From assembly GCA_965203055.1 (NCBI GenBank), contig OZ241863.1, positions 1,504,001-1,568,000 of the forward strand: a stretch of DNA of 64,000 nucleotides, given 5' to 3'. Source of the DNA: Spirochaetia bacterium (lineage in GTDB: Bacteria > Spirochaetota > Spirochaetia > SZUA-6 > Bin103). A program made the translations under genes and the position numbers. The notes under the pieces were generated by a model. It saw nothing but the letters and a program-made list of their open reading frames with translations. It had not been told where the DNA came from and searched no databases. Position 1 is the stretch's first letter; each line of letters starts with the position of its first letter. This document shows positions 38,224 to 46,710 of this stretch, one piece after another.

Positions 38224-38302
38224 ACGAGCAAGCGCGCGCTACCTGATCCGAGCGCTCACTTTTCCGCTCAAGCCGGGCGCCCCGGCAGCCGACAAGCAAG
38301 TC

Positions 38303-38941
38303 ATGGAGAAGTCCCCGGCCCGCGTCCCAAGGCGCGAATATGCTTCCGCCCAACGCGAGCACATCCTCAACGCCGCCTCCCGCGTCTTTACCGAGCGCGG
38401 CTACGACCGCGCCACCACCAAGGCGATCGCCGCCGCCGCGGAGCTGTCGGAAGGCGCGCTCTACCATCACTTCTCGGGCAAGCGCGAGATGTTGCTCGGC
38501 GTCCTTGCCCGCGTGATCGGGGCGGTACAGGGGGAGCGCGGCGGCGGCGGCGCGGCCGATCTGTACGAGCGCTACCGGCGCGCCATCAACGTGCGGGTGC
38601 GCGGCGCGCACCCGCAGATGAGAACCTTCTTCGCCCTGCTTTCAGCCATTCTCGCCGACCGCGAACTGGCCGGCCACGTGCGCAGCGAATTGCTGCAGCC
38701 CGGCATCGACAAGGCGGAACGGGCATTGCAGGCGGCCGTCGCCGGCGGCGCCATGCGGCAGATGGACGTCCCGGCGGCGGCCCGGCTGGTGTACGCCATC
38801 TTCATGGGAATCGAGCTGCTGGCGCAGATCGGCGACCAGGAGACGCTGGCCCTGCTGGAGGATGGCGGGCGGCTCGGCGACGCCTTCGCCGGCCTGCTGC
38901 TGGACGGTCTGGCGGCGCGCAGCGGGACCGGGCAGGAGTAG
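38303..38941 (+). CDS. TetR/AcrR transcriptional regulator
   Basis: ILNAASRVFTERGY..ATT..IA....LSEGALYHHF.GK. Confidence 0.9.
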   Translation: MEKSPARVPRREYASAQREHILNAASRVFTERGYDRATTKAIAAAAELSEGALYHHFSGKREMLLGVLARVIGAVQGERGGGGAADLYERYRRAINVRVRGAHPQMRTFFALLSAILADRELAGHVRSELLQPGIDKAERALQAAVAGGAMRQMDVPAAARLVYAIFMGIELLAQIGDQETLALLEDGGRLGDAFAGLLLDGLAARSGTGQE

Positions 38942-38948
38942 CCTCGTT

Positions 38949-39662
38949 TCACATGGCGCCGAGCCGGGCCTTGGCGATCGCCAGCGCGGCGACGCACGCC
39001 GTTTCCACGCGCAGGATGCGCGCGCCGAGGGTGCACGGCAGGAAGCGGTGCCGGCGCAGCACGGCGCGGTCCGCCTCGCTCCAGCCGCGTTCGGGGCCCA
39101 CCGCCAGCACCAGGGGCAGGCGCAACGCGCAGGTTCCGAGGCGCGCCGCGCCCGCGGCGTGGTCCAGGGCGACGGCGGCCGCGCCGGCGGGAAGCTGCCG
39201 CGCCGCGCACTGCAGCGAAGCGCCGCAGGTCACCGCCGGCAGCGCGGTGGCCACTGCCTGCTGCAGCCCGTCCAGCAGGTGGCGGCGCCATTCGGAGGTG
39301 GTCCAGAGCCGGCTGCGGGCATAGTTGCGGTCGCTGGTTTCGGTATGCACGAAGCGCAGCTCGCGGCAGCCGAGCGCCGCCGCCTGATAGAGGATCTTGC
39401 GGGCGCTCGGCGGGCGCGGCAGGCCGACGATCAGCAGGATGTCGTCCGGCGGCGGCGCGGCGCCGTGCCAGTCGAAGGCCAGCTCCAGTTGGTCCGCGGC
39501 GGCCGCCAGCAGCGTGCCGGTGCCGGTTGGACCGTCGATTACGCCGGCTCGGAACCGGTCTCCGGGGCGGCAGCCGAGCACCTCCAACAGGTGGCGCGCG
39601 CGCTGATCGGCCCGCGCCAGGGTCTGCCGGCGCGCGCTGCCGGCGAACAGAATGACGTTCAC
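38949..39662 (-). CDS. rsmE: 16S rRNA m3U1498 methyltransferase
   Basis: HLLEVL, VGLPRP, AVGPERGWS, LGARILRVETA; GTG start at 39662. Confidence 0.85.
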   Translation of the reverse strand: MNVILFAGSARRQTLARADQRARHLLEVLGCRPGDRFRAGVIDGPTGTGTLLAAAADQLELAFDWHGAAPPPDDILLIVGLPRPPSARKILYQAAALGCRELRFVHTETSDRNYARSRLWTTSEWRRHLLDGLQQAVATALPAVTCGASLQCAARQLPAGAAAVALDHAAGAARLGTCALRLPLVLAVGPERGWSEADRAVLRRHRFLPCTLGARILRVETACVAALAIAKARLGAM

Positions 39663-39764
39663 CGAATGACGTTCCCGGCGGGCTCGCGACACCTCACGAC
39701 ACCTACGATACCGCGCGCTTGAGCCGCTCCGCCAGGATGGTCGATGATGGGCAACCGGAGAACC

Positions 39765-40694
39765 ATGCCACAACCGAGCGATCAACCCGCGTTGCACGGC
39801 GTCATCGTGCCGATTCTGACCCCGCTTACCCCCGGCGAAGCGGTGGACGTGCGCTCCTTGCGCCGCCTGGTGAACTACCTCGTGGACAACGGCGTCCATG
39901 GCCTGTGGGCCGCCGGAACCACCGGCGAGTTCGCCGCCCTGGACGAGGCATCGCGGCGGCTGGTCATCGAGACGGTGGCCGAGGAGGCGGGCGGGCGGGT
40001 GCCGGTGATCGGCAACGTCGCCGCCCCGGCGACGCGCGCCGCCGGCGCCGCCGCCGCCGCGCTGCAAGGCTGCCCGCTGGCCGGCGTCGCGGCCACGCCG
40101 CCGTTCTACCACCTCCATTCCCAGGATGAACTGATCGACCATTTTCACGCCGTCGAGGAGCGCAGCCGGCACCCGTTGTGGGTCTACAACATCCCCGGCA
40201 CGGTCGGGCTGACCGTGGAACCGGACACCATCGCCGCGCTGGCGGCCGACGGCACGGTGGCGGGCGTGAAGGACAGCTCCGGCGCCGGCGAGGCGTTCGC
40301 CCAGCTCGTCACGCTGTGCCGGCACCGCCGCCTCGACCTGTACCGCTTCATCGGCACCATCTGGCGCGTCGCCATGGCCGGCAGCGGCGCGCACGGCGTG
40401 ATTCCCGGAGTGGCCAACCTGGCCCCCGCCGGCGCCGCGGCGGCGTGGGAGGCGGGCGCCCGCGGCGACGAGGAGGCCGCTGACCGCCGCCTCGCCGAGG
40501 TGCTCACCGCGGCGCGCGTAATGCAGCTCGGCCGCGGCGGCGGGGCGAGCGTCGCCGGGCTCAAGTCGGCGCTGAAGCTGCTCGGCATCATCGAGCACGA
40601 TACCGCGTCCGCTCCGATGCGGCCCCTCAGCGACGAGGAAAAGTCCCGCCTGCCGCCGCTGCTGGCGCAACTGGGACTCGGCGATTACGGTTGA
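39765..40694 (+). CDS. DapA/NAL-family aldolase
   Basis: GTTGEF, PPFY, YNIPG, GVKDS. Confidence 0.88.
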   Translation: MPQPSDQPALHGVIVPILTPLTPGEAVDVRSLRRLVNYLVDNGVHGLWAAGTTGEFAALDEASRRLVIETVAEEAGGRVPVIGNVAAPATRAAGAAAAALQGCPLAGVAATPPFYHLHSQDELIDHFHAVEERSRHPLWVYNIPGTVGLTVEPDTIAALAADGTVAGVKDSSGAGEAFAQLVTLCRHRRLDLYRFIGTIWRVAMAGSGAHGVIPGVANLAPAGAAAAWEAGARGDEEAADRRLAEVLTAARVMQLGRGGGASVAGLKSALKLLGIIEHDTASAPMRPLSDEEKSRLPPLLAQLGLGDYG

Positions 40695-40790
40695 GGGGCA
40701 AGCGGTATCCGGCCGCGACCGCCCGCCCGCCCGGCGTGTTGCTCATTCCGCGTGGATGCGCTACCTTACCTGCGTCCCTTGGACGTATTC

Positions 40791-40863
40791 GCCAGAATAG
40801 CTCAGTTGGCAGAGCGGTTCACTCGTAATGAACAGGTCAGGGGTTCGAATCCCCTTTCTGGCT
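40791..40863 (+). tRNA. tRNA-Thr(CGT)
   Basis: GCCAGAA/TTCTGGC acceptor stem, GTTCA-CT-CGT-AA-TGAAC anticodon arm, GGTTCGAATCC T-arm; CCA not encoded. Confidence 0.96.
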
Positions 40864-40899
40864 TCGCGTAACGCGCCGGAGTGAACGGAGGTGGGCGGA

Positions 40900-41790
40900 A
40901 TGCTGGTCGCGGGGATCGACGTGGACGCGCTCATCGACGCCCGGGTGCTGGCCGAGTACCGCGAACGCGGCTACTGGCGCAGCCCGCGGCTGTTCGACGC
41001 GCAGACCACCGCGCGGCTGCGGCGCGCCCACCGGCGCCTCTGGGCGGGTGACTTCGACCATCCCATCGCTTCGCAGTACGGCCCGCCCGGGGAGGAATCG
41101 GATCGGGCGGCGGTGCGTCAGCAGTGCAACGCCTTCTGGCTCAACGACGACATCCGCGCGGTGACCACCAGCCCGCTGCTGGGCGCCATCGGCGCGCGGC
41201 TGATGGGCGTCGCCGAGGTGCGGTTGTGGCATGACCAGGCGGTGAAGAAGCCGGCCGCCGGCGCCGCCGGCGGCGCCGTGACGGCCGGCAACATCGGCTG
41301 GCATCAGGACTACGGCCACTGGCAGTGCTCCAGCTCGACTGACATGTGCACCGCCTGGGTGGCGCTGCAGGACACCGACCTCGGCAACGGCGCCATGCGC
41401 ACCATCGTCGGCTCGCACCGCTGGGGATTGCTGGAGGAGAGCGACAACTTCGGCAAGAAGGATCTGGAGGGCCTGCGGGCGCGTCTCTCGACGCAGCCGA
41501 TCAGCGGCGCCTGGATCGACGAGCCGTGCGTGCTGCGCGAGGGGGAGGTGAGCTTCCATCACTGCCTCACGCTGCACGGTTCCGGCCCCAACCTGAGCGG
41601 CGCCGCGCGCCTGTGCGTCATCTCCCACATGATGCCGGGGGATACCAGCTATCGGCCCAGCCCCCAGCATCACCCGAACCTGGTGTTCCTCGGCCCTGAC
41701 GCCCGCCCCGGACAGCGCTTCGCCGGGCCTTGGTGGCCGGTCATGTGGCCCCCGGTAGCTACGCCGGGTCAGCGCACGCAGCCGGGATAG
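40900..41790 (+). CDS. PhyH-family dioxygenase
   Basis: GWHQD, WVALQD, NGAMR..VGSH, HGSGPN; GGAGG RBS. Confidence 0.9.
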   Translation: MLVAGIDVDALIDARVLAEYRERGYWRSPRLFDAQTTARLRRAHRRLWAGDFDHPIASQYGPPGEESDRAAVRQQCNAFWLNDDIRAVTTSPLLGAIGARLMGVAEVRLWHDQAVKKPAAGAAGGAVTAGNIGWHQDYGHWQCSSSTDMCTAWVALQDTDLGNGAMRTIVGSHRWGLLEESDNFGKKDLEGLRARLSTQPISGAWIDEPCVLREGEVSFHHCLTLHGSGPNLSGAARLCVISHMMPGDTSYRPSPQHHPNLVFLGPDARPGQRFAGPWWPVMWPPVATPGQRTQPG

Positions 41791-42569
41791 GTGGCGCCGG
41801 CGATCGGGAAGTACACGGGACCGCCGCCGGGGTCGGTGTGGGTGGAGCGGGCGCTCATGTAGGAGAGCGCTATGGCGCGCCGCCAGTGGGCGCTCCGGTT
41901 GGGCTCGGTGGCGTGCGGCAGCAGGGAGTGGAAGAACAGCCCCGCGCCGGCCGGCATCGGCACCAGCGTCCTGGCGGCCGCCGCGTAGTGCTGCGGCGCG
42001 ATCACGTAGTCGTCGGTGACGTGCACGTGGGGCAGCGCGCCGCCCCGATGGGCGCCGGCGATCACCCCCATGCAGCCGTTTTCGGTGGTGGCCTCGTCGA
42101 TGGCCAACCAGCAACTGCACAGCTCCATGGGCCGGATCGGCCAATAGGGGGAATCCTGATGCATCCCCTTGGCCGAGCCCACTTCCGGCGGCTTGAGCAA
42201 TACCGCGTTGCGGAACATCTTGAGGTCCGGCCCCAGGATGCGGGTGAGGACGCGGACCACGTTGGGGTGGCGGCCGAGCCCCTGAAACAGGTCGTCGGAC
42301 TCCACCAGACCGTCGATCTTGCGGATGCCGTCGCCGGGATGCGCCACGCTCAGTTCGCCGCGGGTGACGCGCGGCTCGGTCTGGACCCTGATGCGCTCCC
42401 GCGAGCGCCCGCCGTGCGTGTACTCGCGCAGCCGCTCTTGCAGGGCGCGCAATTCCGCCGCCGAGACCAGGTCATCGACCACGACGAAGCCGTCGCTGCG
42501 GTAATCGGCGAGCTGCCGGTCGGACAGCTCGATTGCGCCTGCGGCGCCGGTATCCGGTGCGGGTGCCAT
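41769..42569 (-). CDS. PhyH-family dioxygenase
   Basis: MHQDSPYW, WLAID, ENGCM, FHSLLPH...N.S..WRR. Confidence 0.9.
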   Translation of the reverse strand: MAPAPDTGAAGAIELSDRQLADYRSDGFVVVDDLVSAAELRALQERLREYTHGGRSRERIRVQTEPRVTRGELSVAHPGDGIRKIDGLVESDDLFQGLGRHPNVVRVLTRILGPDLKMFRNAVLLKPPEVGSAKGMHQDSPYWPIRPMELCSCWLAIDEATTENGCMGVIAGAHRGGALPHVHVTDDYVIAPQHYAAAARTLVPMPAGAGLFFHSLLPHATEPNRSAHWRRAIALSYMSARSTHTDPGGGPVYFPIAGATYPGCVR

Positions 42570-42715
42570 GGTGACGCAGGGTAGGGGCGGCGCCCCGGCG
42601 TGGCAAGCGGTCGCCGGCCGGCTTCGCACCGGGAAACCATTGCGCCGGTCCGTGCGCCACGCGCCGGCGTAAAGCCGCTATGGGCCGATTGCGGTAGAAT
42701 GGCGCGCACGTATCC

Positions 42716-44698
42716 ATGAGCACGATGCTCCCCGTCAACCTTGACGATCTCCTCTACTGTCGCAGCGTGGAGTCCGAACGAGTGGAGTTCAAGGCGTCGT
42801 GGGACCCGGCCACGACCGGCCCGCAGGTGCTGCGCACGATCGGCGCGTTCGCGAACGACTTTCACAACCTGAACGGCGGCTACGTAGTGATCGGGGTCGT
42901 GGAGCGGGACGGACGGGCAGCGCTGCCGCCGGCCGGCCTGTCCGCCGAAGAAGTCGAGGCCGCGCAGCAATGGATTCGCGGCAACTGCAATCGGATCGAT
43001 CCGCCGTACTTCCCCATCCTGTCGCCGGAATCGGTCGAGGGTCGGCTCATCCTGGTGGTCTGGGCGCCGGCAAGCGACACCAAGCCGCACCGCGCACCCG
43101 GCGGCAAGGGCGCAGCGCGCTACTGGGTCCGCCTCGGCTCCGAGACCGTCGACGCCGAGCGCCGCGGCAACCTGCTGCCCGCGCTTCTGCAGCAGACCGC
43201 GCGGGTGCCGTGGGACGATCGCCGCGCTCATGACGCGCGGGTCGAAGACGTGCGCGAAGCGAAGGTCCGCGAGTATCTGCGCGACGTCCGCAGTGGGCTC
43301 CCTGATGAGACCGACGAGCGCGACCTCTACCGGCGCCTGCGCCTCACGATGAAAGTCAACGATCATGAGGTGCCCCGGAACGCGGCGTTGTTGTTCTTCT
43401 CGAGCCGCCCTACACGGTGGTTTCGCGGCGCCCGGATCGAAGTGGTGCAGTTTGCCGCGGACCGCGGCGGAGACGTTCAGGAAGAGCGCATCTTCGAAGG
43501 CGGCCTCGTAGACCAGCTTCGTGACTGTCTGAACTACCTCGAAAACCTGTCCACCGTCCACCTGCAGAAGCAACCGCATCGGAGCCAGGTGCGCGGCTGG
43601 GTGAGCTATCCGATGCGGGCGCTGCGCGAGACGCTCGTCAACGCGGTGTATCACCGCGGCTACGACGTCGACCGGCCCGATCCCACCAAGGTCTATCTGT
43701 TTCCGAGCCGCATCGAGGTGATCAGCTACCCCGGACCGGTTCCCGGAATCGAGGCGCGTCATCTGCTGCCGAATGCCGAGGCGCGCGCGGCGCCGGCCCG
43801 CAACCGGCGAATCGGGGAGTTTCTGAAGGAACTGAAGCTGGCGGAGGGACGCCTCTCAGGGTTGCCGAAGGTGTTCCAGACGATGGAAGCCAATGGTTCG
43901 CCGGTGCCGCGCTTCGAGTTCGACGAGCAGCGCACCTGGTTTCAGGCCACGCTGCCGGCCCACCCGGAATACGGCGCCCTGTCCGCGCTGCGGGACGCGG
44001 CGCACCTGCGGGCGCTGGGCGAGCAGGCCGCAGCCCTGCGCCGCGTCGAGTCCGCGTGGGAGTATCACCGCGGTTCCGGGCTCCTCGCCGCGGAGTTGAT
44101 CGGCGTGTACGCGGCCCTCGGCGACCTCGCCCGCGCCGAAGGAATCCTGGACGACTTCAAGAGCGAGGGAGCGGAGACCGCGGTCCCGTACGTCGAAAAC
44201 AGGATGATCGAGGCGTTAGTGGACATGGGGGAGGGAGAAAAGGCGCGCCGCATGCTCATGCGGAGCCGCCCGTTGCTTTCCGGCAAGGACGCTATCGACG
44301 CCGCTATTCTGGCACGCCGCGCCAGGGACGAGCGAGGCGCCCACAGTTACTTCCAACGCGCCGGAGAAGCGGTCTATGCCGACGCTCGAGCGCTGCTCGA
44401 ATTCGCGCAGACCAAACTGTGGTTGGCGGTAGAGGCTCACCGCTACCGGCGCCGTGACTCGAATCGAAGATTGCTTGCCGAGGCCCGGACGCTCCTGGAG
44501 CGCGTGATCCAGCTCGATGCTTCTCCCGCCCGCCATGCCTGGGCGTGGCGCGAGCTCGCGCGCGCCTGCAACTGGCTGCGGCTGCCGGCTGGCGACGTCG
44601 AAGCCGCCTATCGCAAGGCGATCGAGTTGTTGCCGGACGAATCCCGGTTCGTCCGGGAATTGGCCAAAGTACGAGCAGCCCGGTCACCGCGGCGATAA
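42716..44698 (+). CDS. AlbA_2 (Schlafen-like) + HATPase_c_4 + C-terminal TPR-like helical protein
   Basis: ESERVEFKASW, AFAND...GGYVVIGV; NAVYHRGY, RNRRIGEFLKEL, EGRLSG; TPR-like AYRKAIELLP C-terminus. Confidence 0.85.
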   Translation: MSTMLPVNLDDLLYCRSVESERVEFKASWDPATTGPQVLRTIGAFANDFHNLNGGYVVIGVVERDGRAALPPAGLSAEEVEAAQQWIRGNCNRIDPPYFPILSPESVEGRLILVVWAPASDTKPHRAPGGKGAARYWVRLGSETVDAERRGNLLPALLQQTARVPWDDRRAHDARVEDVREAKVREYLRDVRSGLPDETDERDLYRRLRLTMKVNDHEVPRNAALLFFSSRPTRWFRGARIEVVQFAADRGGDVQEERIFEGGLVDQLRDCLNYLENLSTVHLQKQPHRSQVRGWVSYPMRALRETLVNAVYHRGYDVDRPDPTKVYLFPSRIEVISYPGPVPGIEARHLLPNAEARAAPARNRRIGEFLKELKLAEGRLSGLPKVFQTMEANGSPVPRFEFDEQRTWFQATLPAHPEYGALSALRDAAHLRALGEQAAALRRVESAWEYHRGSGLLAAELIGVYAALGDLARAEGILDDFKSEGAETAVPYVENRMIEALVDMGEGEKARRMLMRSRPLLSGKDAIDAAILARRARDERGAHSYFQRAGEAVYADARALLEFAQTKLWLAVEAHRYRRRDSNRRLLAEARTLLERVIQLDASPARHAWAWRELARACNWLRLPAGDVEAAYRKAIELLPDESRFVRELAKVRAARSPRR

Positions 44699-44717
44699 AC
44701 GCAGAGCAGTGGATGCA

Positions 44718-46314
44718 TCACTCTTCCACTACCTGAACCCGAAGCAGCTTGCCGTTCAGCGTTCGGCGCGCCCAATACAGGTTCTGGTACTGATCGAAGC
44801 CGCCCGCCGCCAGCTTCGCGGTGCCGGTAGCGGTAGTCCCGCTGGCCGGCGCTGAAAAGGTCACGGTCGGGGCCGACGGATAGCCGCGCCCCGGGTTCGT
44901 GATCGTCACTGACCGGACCCTGACCTGCAGCACCGCGGTGCCGGTAGCGGTGGTGGACGGGTGCAGCGATGCCGAAAAGGTCACGGTGGGGGGCGAACCC
45001 GCGGCGTAGCCAGCCCCCGGGTTCGTGATCGTCACTGACTCGACGCCGGATTGCAGCGCCGCGCTGCCGGTGGCCGTAGTCCCACTGGTCGGCGCCGAAA
45101 AGGTCACGGTCGGGGCGGACGTGTAGCCGCGCCCCGGGTTCGAAACAGATACTCTGAAGCGGCCACTCTGCAGCACTGCGGTGGCCGCTGCCCCGGTGCC
45201 GCCGCCGCCCGAAAAGGTGATGCTGGGGGCAGACGCGTAGTGGCCCCCGGCGTGACCCACCGACACTGAAGTGACGCTGCCGGAGCTGATCGTCGCGGTG
45301 CCGAGGGCCGGGATGCCGCCGCCGGACGGGGTGGAGAAGGTAACGGTGGGAGCGGACGTGTAGCCCGTCCCCCCGTTCGTGACCGTCACTGAAGTTACTC
45401 CGTTGTGCGACACCGACGTGCCGGTGGCGGTGACGCCGCCGGATGGCGGCGCGGAAATGGTAACGGTGGGGAGGGACGCGTAGCCGCTCCCGCGGTTGGT
45501 GACGGTCACTCCGCTGACGCCGCTCTGCAGCACCGCGGTGCCGGTCGCGGTGGTCCCGCTGGCCGGCGCCGAAAAGGTCACGGTCGGGGCGGACGTGTAG
45601 AGGGCCCCCGGGTTCGTGATCGTCACTGACGTAAGCCGGGTAATCAGGGTAGCGGTGCCGGTGGCCGTGACGCCGCCGGGCGGCGGATCGGAAAAGGTCA
45701 CGGTGGGGTCAGCCGTGTAGCCGCTCCCCGGCTCCGTGATCGTGACCGACTCGACCGAGTCCGACTCGCCCGACTGATCGGGCGCGGTGAGCGCGAGGAC
45801 CACCGCGCCTGCCTGGAGGTCCGGCGTTACCGTCCACTCCGCGCCGGATATATCGGACGGGAAGACCGGAGTGGTCGTCGTGCTGGTGAACGGCAGCTCG
45901 TGCCCGTCGATCGCAACGCGCACCTTGCCGGCGGCGATCCGACCCCAGAGATACGGCGCGGAACGGTTGCTGGTCTGGCTCAACACGTCGGCGTCATCGC
46001 CAAAGTGAGCCGCGCTGATCGTCCAGCTCTTGGCGTTGTCCTGCGGCGGCGTTGGCGGCGGCGCGCCGCTGCCTCCGGTCCCTCCGCCCGAACCGGCGTT
46101 GGCAGGAGTAGCAGCGGGCGGCCGAGCCGCCTCCGCGCACGCCAGCAAGGCGATGCCGGCGGCCGCCGCGAGCGCGAGCAGCGCTGCCTTACGAGCCGGA
46201 CCGGTTCTGTCGGGTGCGGCGCGGTATCCTCTTACCGACGGCTTCCGGGGGGGGGGGGGGGGTATCGTTAGTTAGGTTAGGGGGATCGTTCGGGTCGCGC
46301 GCCGGCATACGCAT
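44718..46314 (-). CDS. Surface lipoprotein with eight GSGYT..PTVT repeats (paralog 3), frameshifted at poly-C
   Basis: Same split base domain (WTI.AA.FG...APDQ / DQY.NL.WAR.TL.GK.L.V); RKAALLALAAAAGIALLAC signal in frame upstream of 46148; the ATGs at 46314/46308 are 1 nt out of frame across C16. Confidence 0.75.
46247..46262. repeat. G16/C16 homopolymer
   Basis: 16 consecutive G on the plus strand; longest homopolymer noticed in the window. Confidence 0.95.
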
Positions 46315-46317
46315 CAA

Positions 46318-46689
46318 TCAATGCAGTATCGTCGGATCGGTGTCAACGGAGGCCGGAGGCTTCGCTCGCCGTTGGGTTCCTTCAATTCGGTGTCCTGCGC
46401 GGACCGCGCGCTTGATGAAGTAGCGTCCTTCCTCGCCGAGCATCCGGTCCAGCTCCGCAGGGGTATAGATCAGCAGGTCCGCCGGCCCGAGCTCCAGGCG
46501 AAGGTCCATGACTTCCCGTACCCGGTCGAAGAACGGTTGCGCCGTATCGCGTACCAGTACGACGTCGATGTCGCTGTGTTCGTCGGCGGTGCCGGCAGCG
46601 ACCGAGCCAAACACGTACGCCGCGATGAAGTCGCCCGCGTGCCGGGCGAAGATCGATCGGGCCGCCGCAAGGTCCACGGCGCCCAGCAT
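46318..46689 (-). CDS. Minimal nucleotidyltransferase (MNT) domain protein
   Basis: YVFGSVAAG.ADEHSDIDV, DLLIYTPAE; start at ATG 46689 or GTG 46677. Confidence 0.88.
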   Translation of the reverse strand: MLGAVDLAAARSIFARHAGDFIAAYVFGSVAAGTADEHSDIDVVLVRDTAQPFFDRVREVMDLRLELGPADLLIYTPAELDRMLGEEGRYFIKRAVRAGHRIEGTQRRAKPPASVDTDPTILH

Positions 46690-46710
46690 AGCACGGGGCC
46701 GGCGCACTCC

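Noticed and set aside
40791..40900. tRNA-anchored integrative element
   Set aside because: No integrase in the window, and no duplicate of the tRNA 3' end noticed
46340..46385. Remnant HEPN gene start (TTG AAG GAA CCC...) overlapping the MNT 3' end
   Set aside because: The position is plausible, but the similarity is too short to support a call
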